Positions 1 through 9,396 of a stretch of 64,000 nt of DNA are shown here, in pieces. The stretch is from Clostridioides phage LIBA2945. Under the pieces are notes generated by a model that was given only the letters and a program-made list of their open reading frames with translations, ran no database searches and was not told the origin of the DNA. Numbering within the stretch: the first letter of the stretch is position 1; every line of letters starts with the position of its first letter. The translations under genes and the position numbers were made by a program. Location: sequence record MF547663.1, one strand, 5' to 3'.

Positions 1-3000
1 AAAATCAGTGATAAGTTACCTGCATTGCCAGGAAATATGGTTCAAGCATTAAATGAGCAATTTGCAAATGCTTTTACAGGAGACAATGCTCCTGAAATCA
101 CACCTAGTGTAAATGGAGAAAAAGCTAAAAAGGAATTAAAAGAGTTAGAAAAATTCAAACAAGATACTTTTAAATCAGATAAAATTGTGACTGAAATTAA
201 TAATAAAGGACTAGATTTCGCAAAAAAAGACTTGAGTGTATTAAAAGAACAGTTGGATAGATTTAAAAATGAAGATACAAAGTTGTCTTTTACTACAGAT
301 TGTGCAGATGCTTTTAAAGATGTAAATTCTTTAGAGGAAGCTAGAAAAAAAATATCTGCTCCAATGAGTTTAAAATATGATATAGATGTAGATAAAAAAG
401 GATTGACTGAAGCAAAAAAAGTCTATGATATTTTACCTGATAATCTCAAAAAAAAGATAGAAACAGAAGTAATAGGTATAGATAAATTAGACACATTACA
501 AAACTTAATAGATAAAGCTCCAAATAAAAAAGAAACTATATTTGAAATAATTAATAAAAATCCAGATAAGCTAAATGAGATAGATGAAATTCTTAATAAC
601 GTTCCAAATGATAAAAAGGAAGCTGTTATTGATTTTATAGTAAATAATTTAGACCAACTTGAAAAAGCTAAAAATGTACAAGAATTTATAAACAATTTAC
701 CTCCAGAAATAAAAAAACAACTTGGAATAGAAGTTGAAGGAGGAGAAAATGCAGAGAAAACTGTTAATACAGTTCAAAATGCAGATGGAACTAAGGCTGA
801 CCTTTTAGTAAATGCAGAAGTAAATGGAGAATCACAAGTAGTTGAATGCATAGAAACATTGGATAAGAATGGTAATAAAACATACACTCCTAATTTAAAT
901 CCTCAAGTTAATAATAGTGAAAAAGTTGTTCAGTGCATGAGAATATTAGATGAATATGGAAATGAATCTTATATTCCAATTGTAAGTCCTCAAGTTACTA
1001 ATGAAGAAGGGCTTAACAGTACTAAACAAAAAATGGATGAGTTAGATAATAAAACAGTAACTTCAACTGTACAAATAAAGACAGAAGGAGAAACTGAAGT
1101 TGAACAAGCAACCAATTTTATAGAAAATACAAATCCAACTAAGGTTATTGAGTTATCCATAAACAACTCTGGTAAAGATGAAATTGACAATACAAAACAA
1201 AAGTTAGATGAACTTAATAATGAAAAAGCCACTCCTACTATTGAAGCTACAGGTGCAGAACAAGCATCCAAACAATTAAATCAATTATCACAAAAAGCAC
1301 AAGAAATTGGGCAAGGTAATTATCATATAAATGTTAGTACTTCAACTGAACAAGGGGCTAAGAATATTTCAGGACTTATAGCTAGAGTAAAACAATTCTT
1401 AGCTTTGAAAGTATCTACACTTGTATTTAGAACTGAAACTGCACAAGCAGCAAAAAATGTATCAGGTTTGTTAGCCAAAGTACAAAGTTATGTTAGCCGA
1501 TATGGTGGAAAAACTATAAAGACTACATTTAGTGCATTAACTGCAACTGCTGCAAAGAACATATCAGGGCTTATTAGGAAAATAGAGTCATTTAAATCAA
1601 ATTATGCAGGAAAAACATTCACTACTACATTTGTAACTAATAAAGTGACTAATAGTTCTGGTGGTGGAGGAGGAGGAAATAGTTCAGATAAGACCAATAA
1701 AACTGAACGTACCTCTGTTACTAATGTAACTCCAATTCCAGCTAATCTATTAGCTCAACCTAGAACATCAGAACCAGCACCAATAAGTGACGAAACTCCT
1801 GTAACACCAAAACCATCCTTATTCTCAAGAGCAGTATCAAGAGCCACATCCGCTTTCAAAGTAATCAAACCTAAAGTTACAATAAACAATGACACAATAG
1901 ACTCATCTGTAAAATATAGTATAGAATTATTTAAAGAGTTAGAAAATGCTATATCAGCAGTAACAAATGAAATAGCTCTATTAGACAAAAAAATGGAACA
2001 TGCTACAGGTGATGAGAAGATTAAATACTTACAGGAGCAAAATAAATTATTTGCTCAACAAAAAGATTTAATAAAACAACAACAAGATGGATATAAAGCT
2101 GAAAGTAACAGACTTAAAAATAGATTAAAAGAAAAGAAAATGGGCTTTAAGTTTGATGATACTGGAAATCTAACTAACTATGAAGAAAAGTTAATATCAA
2201 TAGAAAAAGAATTAGACAAATTAAATTCAAAGTCTGGTGACAAAGAAAATAAAAAAGATGAATCCAGAAAAAAAGAGTTGGAAGAAACTAAGAAAGTCCT
2301 TGAAGAATATATTAAAGTTACATTTACAGAACTGCCTAAATGTGAGCAAGAATGGGAAGAATACAATAATAAAATTAAAGAACACAATGAGGAGTTAAGG
2401 AAAGCACAAGAAGAAATGTGGAAACTTAATAAGAATTCCACATGGACTTCTATGTACAAAGATGTAGAGCAAGTAAATAATGAAATAGCAATGATAGATG
2501 TATTACTTAAAAATGCTACAGGTGATGAGCAGATAGAGTTGTTAGAAAAGAAAAAAGAGTTAATGGCCAAGAAGGCTAAAGAACTATCTGAAACAACAGC
2601 ATATCTTCAAGAAACACAAAAAGAGCTACAACAAAAGCTACAAGGCTATGGATTTACATTTAGAGATAATGGCGATATAACTAACTTCATTCAACATAAA
2701 AATCAACTTAAAAAGAACATGACTGATGAAGAATTTAAGAGAATGGAAGAGGCAGCAGAGGGATATTTGGATTTATTGATAAATAAAATACCTGATGCCA
2801 ATAAGGAAATTGCTGAATCTAAGGAAGAAATTGAAGCATTAAATAAAGAAATTCAAGATGCTTATAAAGACCAGCTTAAAGAAGCTCAAAGCCTACAAGA
2901 AAAAATTAGAGACATGTATAAAAAAGAGCTTGAAGAGAGACTTAAAGAAATAGATAAAGAAACTAAAGCTAAAATTGATTCTCTTAAAAAGCAACAAGAT

Positions 3001-3723
3001 GCTTACAATGATTCAAGAAAAGAAGCCAAATATAAAGATGATTATGAAGAACAACAAGATGTAATAAGTGATTTAGAAAAACAAATAGCAATAGCTGAAA
3101 GAGATAGTTCTTTAAGTGGTCAGAAGAAACTTAAAGATTTACAAAAACAATTAAAAGAAGAACAGAAGAAATTACAGGATTTAGTACAAGACCATGTAGA
3201 CGACCAAGTTAACGATATGTATGACAAGGAATCTGACAGACTACAAGAAGAAGCAGATAAGTTAAAAGAAGAGTTAGAGAAAAAATACTCAGATGAAAAT
3301 TTAGTTGATTTAATTAATGAAGCAATTTCAAGCGGTAAATTTGTAGGTCTTGATGGAGAGGTTAAGAAACTTCAAGATGCTATTATTGAATACATAAATA
3401 AATATGAAGATGGTATGTTGGCAATGGGTTCTGTCACTAAGCAGGAATGGCTCGATAGATTAAAAGAAGGTAAAGAGACATTAGAAGATATTAATGACAT
3501 ATTGGATGAATTAGATTTAAGTAAATTTGCTATGCCTAATTATAATCCTCCTTCAAATTCTCGTTCAAGAAGTACATCTCCAATATCAGCAGTTAATTAT
3601 AATTCACCATTTGTTGTTGTACAAGGGAATGTAACTAAAGATGTAATGCCTGAATTTGAAAAGAAGATGAGGAAAATGATTGAAGAAAATAACAAAAAAA
3701 TTATTTCTAATACTAGGTCTTAA
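1..3723 (+). CDS. Tail tape-measure-like protein, 5'-truncated at the window edge. It is a long coiled-coil protein with an internal 3x ~33-aa tandem repeat (AKNISGLI...) and a poly-Gly patch
   Basis: The ORF is open from nt 1. Composition is K/E-rich coiled coil. It sits immediately upstream of the Dit/Tal-like pair. The assignment is positional/architectural only. Confidence 0.5.
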   Translation, partial: KISDKLPALPGNMVQALNEQFANAFTGDNAPEITPSVNGEKAKKELKELEKFKQDTFKSDKIVTEINNKGLDFAKKDLSVLKEQLDRFKNEDTKLSFTTDCADAFKDVNSLEEARKKISAPMSLKYDIDVDKKGLTEAKKVYDILPDNLKKKIETEVIGIDKLDTLQNLIDKAPNKKETIFEIINKNPDKLNEIDEILNNVPNDKKEAVIDFIVNNLDQLEKAKNVQEFINNLPPEIKKQLGIEVEGGENAEKTVNTVQNADGTKADLLVNAEVNGESQVVECIETLDKNGNKTYTPNLNPQVNNSEKVVQCMRILDEYGNESYIPIVSPQVTNEEGLNSTKQKMDELDNKTVTSTVQIKTEGETEVEQATNFIENTNPTKVIELSINNSGKDEIDNTKQKLDELNNEKATPTIEATGAEQASKQLNQLSQKAQEIGQGNYHINVSTSTEQGAKNISGLIARVKQFLALKVSTLVFRTETAQAAKNVSGLLAKVQSYVSRYGGKTIKTTFSALTATAAKNISGLIRKIESFKSNYAGKTFTTTFVTNKVTNSSGGGGGGNSSDKTNKTERTSVTNVTPIPANLLAQPRTSEPAPISDETPVTPKPSLFSRAVSRATSAFKVIKPKVTINNDTIDSSVKYSIELFKELENAISAVTNEIALLDKKMEHATGDEKIKYLQEQNKLFAQQKDLIKQQQDGYKAESNRLKNRLKEKKMGFKFDDTGNLTNYEEKLISIEKELDKLNSKSGDKENKKDESRKKELEETKKVLEEYIKVTFTELPKCEQEWEEYNNKIKEHNEELRKAQEEMWKLNKNSTWTSMYKDVEQVNNEIAMIDVLLKNATGDEQIELLEKKKELMAKKAKELSETTAYLQETQKELQQKLQGYGFTFRDNGDITNFIQHKNQLKKNMTDEEFKRMEEAAEGYLDLLINKIPDANKEIAESKEEIEALNKEIQDAYKDQLKEAQSLQEKIRDMYKKELEERLKEIDKETKAKIDSLKKQQDAYNDSRKEAKYKDDYEEQQDVISDLEKQIAIAERDSSLSGQKKLKDLQKQLKEEQKKLQDLVQDHVDDQVNDMYDKESDRLQEEADKLKEELEKKYSDENLVDLINEAISSGKFVGLDGEVKKLQDAIIEYINKYEDGMLAMGSVTKQEWLDRLKEGKETLEDINDILDELDLSKFAMPNYNPPSNSRSRSTSPISAVNYNSPFVVVQGNVTKDVMPEFEKKMRKMIEENNKKIISNTRS

Positions 3724-3861
3724 TATATGTAATTGGTCTTTATTTATTATTCACTCATTTACTTACGTTTTATAATTTATAGTCAGATTTTTTTTGAAAA
3801 TATATATTTATCTAATAAAAAATATTGTTTATAAAAAACGTATTTATGATATAATAGTAAT

Positions 3862-4005
3862 ATAAATGATATAAATTTATATCATAAAGACATAAAAAAA
3901 GAGACTACAACTATTTGTGCTAGGGTGTCTCTTCATAAATAAGCGAAGTGTTAATTAGAGGAAGAATCACCTGAATTGCCGTTCGGGTGATTCTTAATTT
4001 TTTGC
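3862..4005 (+). ncRNA. Candidate cis-antisense antitoxin RNA, copy 1. A plus-strand extended -10 'tgatataat' lies at 3847-3855. The terminator hairpin 3965-3994 plus a T-run lies inside the toxin ORF 3' end
   Basis: Promoter and intrinsic terminator read directly. The RNA would overlap about 50 nt of the convergent toxin ORF. The region is conserved in copy 2. Confidence 0.45.
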
Positions 4006-4130
4006 AACGTTTTCTTAAACTCATCTATTTCTTTAAAGAGTCTATTTAAATTCTGAACCAACTTAATCAAACTAATAATTATAGTTGTAAGAAATGTTAT
4101 TATCGTTAACAAACAAATTAGATATTTCAT
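3951..4130 (-). CDS. Small membrane peptide (59 aa, MKYLICLLTIITFLTTIIISLIKLVQNLNRLFKEIDEFKKTLQKIKNHPNGNSGDSSSN). Candidate type I toxin, copy 1
   Basis: Translated by hand. A strong SD 'gaggggaggtg' lies 7 nt upstream of the ATG at 4130. It has an N-terminal TM helix and a charged tail. An upstream minus-strand promoter is TTAACA-16-TATAAT with an extended TG (4224-4251). Confidence 0.6.
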   Translation of the reverse strand: MKYLICLLTIITFLTTIIISLIKLVQNLNRLFKEIDEFKKTLQKIKNHPNGNSGDSSSN

Positions 4131-4391
4131 AATATCATATCACCTCCCCTCTTGATTTGACATGGGAAGGCTTATGTATATGAAGATTCACCCTAATAGT
4201 TTTTTTATGTAGTCTCTAAAAATATTATACCATAAATTACCAATATGTTAAATTTAATATTATATTGTCTACAATTGTAAAAGAATATTGTGTTCTAAGA
4301 AGTTATTCTATTAATAGTATAGCTTTTTTATTTTTCAATGAAGATAATGACAACATTGACTATTTTGATAATATTGGAGTATAATAGTAAT

Positions 4392-4548
4392 ATAAATGAT
4401 ATAAATTTATATCATAGGGACATAAAAAAGAGACTACAAACTATTTGCTGTAGGGTGTAGTTCTTAAAGTTAACAATAAAAAGAATAGATTTATGTATTA
4501 CTTTCAGAATCACTAGACCCGCCAGTCTGGTGATTCTTTAGTTTTCTA
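4392..4548 (+). ncRNA. Candidate antisense antitoxin RNA, copy 2. Promoter TTGACT(4356-4361)-18-TATAAT(4380-4385). Terminator hairpin 4507-4536 'gaatcactagacccgccagtctggtgattc' plus a T-run
   Basis: Canonical sigma-A promoter and hairpin read directly. Convergent overlap with the toxin ORF 3' end. Confidence 0.5.
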
Positions 4549-4652
4549 ATAGATGCTTTCAAGTTTAAGATTGCATCTATTAGCTTTGTCAAATGATTGA
4601 TTATTCTTGTAATCATAATTATCATTATTAAAAACAAAACTAAGTACTCCAT
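4491..4652 (-). CDS. Small membrane peptide (53 aa, MEYLVLFLIMIIMITRIINHLTKLIDAILNLKASIRKLKNHQTGGSSDSESNT). Candidate type I toxin, copy 2, paralog of 3951-4130
   Basis: SD 'aagggggtgagac' upstream of the ATG at 4652. It has the same K-L/I-KNH-x-G-x-S-x-DS tail and the same promoter block at 4726-4760. Confidence 0.6.
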   Translation of the reverse strand: MEYLVLFLIMIIMITRIINHLTKLIDAILNLKASIRKLKNHQTGGSSDSESNT

Positions 4653-4910
4653 AGTCTCACCCCCTTTCTTACTGGGGATTTTAACTAAAGAGCCATCACC
4701 CTAATAGTCTAAACTGTAGTCTCTAAAAATATTATACCATAATTTTCCAATATGTTAAATTTAATATTATATTGACGACAGGAGTAGAATAAAGATATAA
4801 TACAGATAACAGAAAATTTAAAAATTTTACATAAGAATTACTACTTATCTATGCCACCTTAAAAAGTGGCTATTTTTCTATTCTGGTATATATTTAAGGA
4901 GGTGTTACAA

Positions 4911-5066
4911 ATGATAAATAATATAGAAGATTGTAAGCTTCTTATTGAGGCAGAAATAAGAATGAAAGATATAGATGAAAAAGAACTAATATCTCAAAGG
5001 GAGATTCTGAAAGACCTAAATATTAATGAAAAAGACCTTGAAGATATTGAAGTGAATTTTGAATAA
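4911..5066 (+). CDS. Small acidic hypothetical protein (51 aa from the ATG at 4911)
   Basis: Perfect SD 'aaggaggtg' 7 nt upstream of ATG 4911. The track ORF starts earlier at 4866. Confidence 0.4.
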   Translation: MINNIEDCKLLIEAEIRMKDIDEKELISQREILKDLNINEKDLEDIEVNFE

Positions 5067-5201
5067 TGAAATGATTTATAATATACCTATTTTAAATATG
5101 TATTAGTTGATATCAGTAATCGTCTTTATCTAGTGATTTTTTATTTATTAACTGTAAACGAATCTGTTTTACAAAAAACGTATCTGTGGTATAATAAAAG
5201 T

Positions 5202-5306
5202 AAGGAATTTAATCTACTTAATACAAAGAGTGATTGTTTCCTTAAAGTTAATTAAAAATTAATTTATCTTTTGAAACCACTCTTATTGGCGTCTGAGTGG
5301 TTTTTT
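5202..5306 (+). ncRNA. Candidate antisense antitoxin RNA, copy 3. Promoter 'aaaaaacgtatctgtggtataat' (-10 at 5190-5195). Terminator hairpin 5273-5300 'aaaccactcttattggcgtctgagtggttt' plus T6
   Basis: The promoter motif 'aaaaaacgtat.t.tg.tataat' is shared with copy 1 (3836-3855). The hairpin lies inside the toxin ORF 3' end. Confidence 0.45.
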
Positions 5307-5380
5307 GCTTTATCATATATGTAACAAGCTATTAAACTTGTTGCAATATTTAGGCAAATATTAAACACTACTGTTTCCAT
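5264..5380 (-). CDS. Small membrane peptide (38 aa, METVVFNICLNIATSLIACYIYDKAKNHSDANKSGFKR). Candidate type I toxin, copy 3
   Basis: SD 'taaggaggtg' upstream of ATG 5380. The minus-strand promoter 'tatggtataat' at about 5495-5512 gives a ~120-nt 5'UTR with a second SD-like 'aaggaaggaggtg'. Confidence 0.6.
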   Translation of the reverse strand: METVVFNICLNIATSLIACYIYDKAKNHSDANKSGFKR

Positions 5381-5582
5381 AAATTCACCTCCTTATAAAA
5401 AAATAAAGCGAGGCTCACCTCCTTCCTTTGAAGAAGTAGGCTAAATACAGAAACAACCACTCTTAGCACTTTCGATTTAAAATTCCTTACTATACTAGAT
5501 TATACCATAATTTTACAATTAATAAAATATTTTAGCTCATCTTAATTGATGGGCTTTTCTAATACAAAGAAGGTGATAAAAT

Positions 5583-7298
5583 ATGCATTTTAATGTGAAT
5601 CTTAAACAGATAAAATCTGATTACACATTAACCATTCACAAGATGAACAAATCATTTTTAGGTCAAATTCCAATCAACTTTTTAAACTCGATAAAGCGGG
5701 AGCTTGGTGGAGTAGATGAAATACAACTGACCATTCCAAAATATATTACAGATAGATTTTTATTTAATAAAATAATAAATCCCATTTTTGAAGAAGTAAA
5801 AGAAGAACGTCTTATTTGTCTTAATAATAAAGAGTACTTTGTAATTAAGAATGTTGTAACAACAGATGATAAGTTAAAAGTAGTAACAGCTAAATCTAAA
5901 GAAGTTAAACTAGGAAAAATTGATGTGAATATTGAGGACTATGGATTACAGATGTTTACCAAAGATGAAGAAGCATCTATTATATCTCTTAATGATTATT
6001 TAAAACAAGAGACAGGCTGGAAACTTGGTTATGTGGATGATTCAATTGCTTATGAAACTGATAGTGAAGGTAATAAGAGAGAAAAGGTAAGATGGCAAGA
6101 AAGTATTAATTCTAACTGGTTAGACTATTTTAATAATGAACTAAAAGAACAATTTGAATGTATAGCTGATTTTGATACTTATAATAATTTAGTTAATTTG
6201 TATCATATAGATAGTTTTGGAGATAACATTCAGTTATATTTATCTCATGATAACTACATAAAATCACTTGAAAGAACTACAAATAGTGATGATATAGTAA
6301 CTAGACTGAAGCTTGAAGGTAGTGAAGATATGAATGTAATAGGAGCTACAGTTACAGGATATGATTACATTGAGAACTATTCTTATTTCTTAGACAATAA
6401 AGAAATGAGTGAAGAACTTAGTAGAGCTATAAAGAAATACCAAGAAATGAATGAAATAAGAGAGCCAATTTGGAGAGAACTAATAGATACAAAGCTTAAG
6501 AAGCAAAGAGAACGTGATAGTAAAAGCAACGAATGGCAAATGGTAATAGAGATGATAAGTAAGAAAAAAGATATAAAAAAGACATATGATAATCCACAGC
6601 ATAAAGATGAAATAAATTCAGCTAAAATAGCAGTAGAGATAAGTGAACTAGAAGATAAAAAAGTCATATTGGATGTTCAAATAAAACATTTAGAAGAAGA
6701 AATAGCTAAGTTAAATGAAAGTATAAAAGATATAAATATTCTTTGTAAGAGGGAGACTTCAACTGATGAGGATGGATATCTAATATTTAATGAGGTTCTA
6801 TTAGATGAATTAAATGAGTTCCTCTACTATGACACTTATACAAATGATGCTTTTTTAAAAGTTGAAGATTTAATAGCAGAAGGTAAAAGGCAATTAAGTT
6901 TGAAATGTATTCCAACACGAGAATGGACTCTGGATGTTATAAACTTCTTAGATAGAATTATAGATATTAATTTTAGACAGCATTGGAAGGGTGATTTGAG
7001 CTTAGGAGATATTATAGTGTTACATAGCAAAGAATCTAAAGAAGAAGAATTAGTATATTTTACATCTTTTACCCAGAATTTAAAAAACGGGAAGTTAGAT
7101 ACTTTAGAATTAACTTTAAGTAATAAAAAAATAAAAGAAGATGACAAAAGAACTATAGCTGATTATTTGACTAAAGCTGAACACGCAACAAGAACATTGA
7201 ACTCTAAAAGACATTTATTTATTCAGCAACAGAAGAAAAGAATTAACCTACCAGATGAATATATTCCTAAGAAAAATATACAAAAGGAGTTGATGTAG
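5583..7298 (+). CDS. Putative distal tail protein (Dit-like), 571 aa
   Basis: It follows the tape measure and its stop overlaps the start of the next gene. Positional inference only. Confidence 0.35.
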   Translation: MHFNVNLKQIKSDYTLTIHKMNKSFLGQIPINFLNSIKRELGGVDEIQLTIPKYITDRFLFNKIINPIFEEVKEERLICLNNKEYFVIKNVVTTDDKLKVVTAKSKEVKLGKIDVNIEDYGLQMFTKDEEASIISLNDYLKQETGWKLGYVDDSIAYETDSEGNKREKVRWQESINSNWLDYFNNELKEQFECIADFDTYNNLVNLYHIDSFGDNIQLYLSHDNYIKSLERTTNSDDIVTRLKLEGSEDMNVIGATVTGYDYIENYSYFLDNKEMSEELSRAIKKYQEMNEIREPIWRELIDTKLKKQRERDSKSNEWQMVIEMISKKKDIKKTYDNPQHKDEINSAKIAVEISELEDKKVILDVQIKHLEEEIAKLNESIKDINILCKRETSTDEDGYLIFNEVLLDELNEFLYYDTYTNDAFLKVEDLIAEGKRQLSLKCIPTREWTLDVINFLDRIIDINFRQHWKGDLSLGDIIVLHSKESKEEELVYFTSFTQNLKNGKLDTLELTLSNKKIKEDDKRTIADYLTKAEHATRTLNSKRHLFIQQQKKRINLPDEYIPKKNIQKELM

Positions 7299-7299
7299 A

Positions 7300-9228
7300 T
7301 TGATATTAGATAATTCACCAGCGGATAGCTGGATAAGAATTACTGGAGTAATTGTTACTTACAATAACACACTTTATCAAGTAGTAGATAAAGAGACAAA
7401 TAAAAAATATATATACTGGGATGCTGATAATCCAGGGACATTGAAAGTTTCTAATGTAAGATTACCAGAAGGAAATACACAATTTTTAGTAGTTGTAAAT
7501 GATAATGGAAAGCATACAGAAGTTCCTACAAACTCATCAATATTCAATATATCTTTTGATGGTAATTCAAGAAAAAATACTGAAGAACAAATCTGGGGAT
7601 TGTATGAAACAGATGAAAAACACAATGAAAAGTTTGTAGTTATTGAAAAAGATATTGATGGAATACATCAAACAGTTTTAGAGGTACAAGAAGATGCATC
7701 TCATATAAAAGAAAATATGTCTCTTATAGACCAGAGAGCTGAAAATGTAAATATATTAGTAAAAGAAGTAACTAAAAATTTTGGTGGTTCACAAGAAAAT
7801 ATAACATTAAGAGAAAACATAAATAAGGCTATAATTAAGTTAAATACAGACTTAGGAACATTTAGCTCTAATATGTCTAATTATTTTAACGATAATGAGA
7901 TTACAGATGAAGAAAAAGAAAAGATTGATATTGAACTTAATTTATTAGATACAGACAAAGCAAGTTTATATACAGAGCTACAAAAACTTATTGATAGAAC
8001 TACTGGAGTAGACTTAGTAGCAATAAACACTTCAAAAACAGCATTGGATGCAGCAAGTACCAATCTAAACTCTATAATTGATTCAGTTATTTCAGATAGT
8101 ATAATTACACCTTCAGACAGAATTTTAGCTATAAATGCAAATGCTCAATATAACTTAAAGATAAATGAACTTAAAAATACAGTGGATAGAATTTATATAA
8201 CAGGTATGGGTGGAAGTATATCAGAGGAATTTTCACAGATAAATGCTACAGCTAAAGAAATAAAATTAGAAGTAGCAAAAGTTGATGGTGCAACTAAAAC
8301 AAATGCTGCTGAAATTAAATTAACTAAAGACGATATAACAATGATGGTTACAAGGAATAATTCTGGCTCAATTGTAGGAATTAAACCTGATAAAATTGAA
8401 TTTGGATTCAATGATATATCAAATTATGTAGAGATAAGCAGGAGTGGTCTAACAGTAAATCAAGGAGCTATAGCATGTGATATATTAACTACTCCATCTG
8501 GTCATGAACCAATAATCAGATTATTTGGAAGTAGTAGGTCTGGATTTGCAATAGATGCAAGAAGGTCTGATGGTTCTAGTCAAGCCTCAGCAATAAGATT
8601 AAAATATGATAGCAATAATTATTTTTGGGTAGGATATGATACTGCTGAGATTTATGTTGATGGAGAAGAACACTTTATTGTTGAAAGAGATGATACTTTT
8701 GTAAGATGTGGAGGAGCTACATTTACATTTACAAATGGAGATAGTTTAGGTATAGGATATTCATTTTATCCAGAGCGTTCATCAACTGATTTAGGTTGTG
8801 ATGATTATAAATGGAGGTATTTATATTCACGTTCTACTCTAAGTGAATCTGACAAAAAGTTTAAAGAGAATATAGTATACATAAAAGATATTAAGAATAG
8901 AACTCGTTCAAGTATAACGCCAACACCATTTTTAGATTTTATAAAAGATGAATTTAAACCAGCAACATTTGATTATATTGTATCAGCAGAAAAAGATAGA
9001 ACAATTGCAGACAGTCAAATAGGGTTTATAGCTAATGATTTTAAAGATAGTTATGTTGGAAAAACATTTCTATATGATTATGGAGAAGAAAATGGATTAA
9101 TGTTTAGCCCATCTGGTTATACAACTGTTGTAGCAACTGCACTTCAAGAGGAAATACAAAAAAGAGAAGAATTGGAAATGATAGTTAGTGAATTAAATGA
9201 GAAAATTAATAATTTAGGAGGATATTAA
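7300..9228 (+). CDS. Putative tail-associated protein (Tal-like / tail endopeptidase position), 642 aa
   Basis: Gene order TMP-Dit-Tal, with a 1-nt gap to the upstream gene. No motif verified. Confidence 0.35.
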   Translation: MILDNSPADSWIRITGVIVTYNNTLYQVVDKETNKKYIYWDADNPGTLKVSNVRLPEGNTQFLVVVNDNGKHTEVPTNSSIFNISFDGNSRKNTEEQIWGLYETDEKHNEKFVVIEKDIDGIHQTVLEVQEDASHIKENMSLIDQRAENVNILVKEVTKNFGGSQENITLRENINKAIIKLNTDLGTFSSNMSNYFNDNEITDEEKEKIDIELNLLDTDKASLYTELQKLIDRTTGVDLVAINTSKTALDAASTNLNSIIDSVISDSIITPSDRILAINANAQYNLKINELKNTVDRIYITGMGGSISEEFSQINATAKEIKLEVAKVDGATKTNAAEIKLTKDDITMMVTRNNSGSIVGIKPDKIEFGFNDISNYVEISRSGLTVNQGAIACDILTTPSGHEPIIRLFGSSRSGFAIDARRSDGSSQASAIRLKYDSNNYFWVGYDTAEIYVDGEEHFIVERDDTFVRCGGATFTFTNGDSLGIGYSFYPERSSTDLGCDDYKWRYLYSRSTLSESDKKFKENIVYIKDIKNRTRSSITPTPFLDFIKDEFKPATFDYIVSAEKDRTIADSQIGFIANDFKDSYVGKTFLYDYGEENGLMFSPSGYTTVVATALQEEIQKREELEMIVSELNEKINNLGGY

Positions 9229-9229
9229 T

Positions 9230-9385
9230 ATGGAAGTAAATTTACAAAAAGCATATACAGTAGCATTTGAAGAGATAAAAAGTTTATATAATGAACTAAT
9301 ACTTTATAAAGCACTTAACATGCAACAACAAGAAGAAATTGAGAACTTGAAAAAAGAACTAGAAGAACAAAATAAAGAACAATAG
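9230..9385 (+). CDS. Small coiled-coil hypothetical (51 aa)
   Basis: SD 'ttaggagg' then ATG 9230. Not in the ORF track. Confidence 0.35.
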   Translation: MEVNLQKAYTVAFEEIKSLYNELILYKALNMQQQEEIENLKKELEEQNKEQ

Positions 9386-9396
9386 GATGTGATACT

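Larger units (their letters stand above)
3826..4262. repeat. Copy 1 of a ~430-bp tandemly duplicated cassette (type I TA-like module). A second copy lies at 4374-4790
   Basis: A near-identical block 'ataatagtaatataaatgatataaatttatatcata..gacataaaaaagagactacaa' recurs at 3848 and 4381. The minus-strand promoter block '..tagtctctaaaaatattataccataa..ccaatatgttaaatttaatattatatt' recurs at 4208 and 4718. Confidence 0.8.
4374..4790. repeat. Copy 2 of the tandem type I TA-like cassette
   Basis: Direct repeat of 3826-4262 (see above). Confidence 0.8.

Noticed and set aside
423-2570. Minus-strand ORFs (423-695, 990-1271, 1755-1988, 2178-2570) inside the tape-measure gene
   Set aside because: They are antisense to a long, well-supported coding frame. 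Their composition is Ser/Leu/Phe-rich, typical of reverse-frame artefacts in AT-rich DNA, and they have no SD.
3897-4222. Inverted repeat 'agagactaca...tagggtg' flanking each TA cassette as possible transposon ends (MITE/IS-like)
   Set aside because: No transposase is present. The repeats coincide with the +1 regions of the two convergent promoters, so shared transcript leaders are the simpler explanation.
6383-8411. Antisense ORFs within the Dit/Tal-like genes (6383-6667, 6836-7147, 7377-7625, 7881-8063, 8193-8411)
   Set aside because: They overlap stronger sense ORFs and carry no translation signals.
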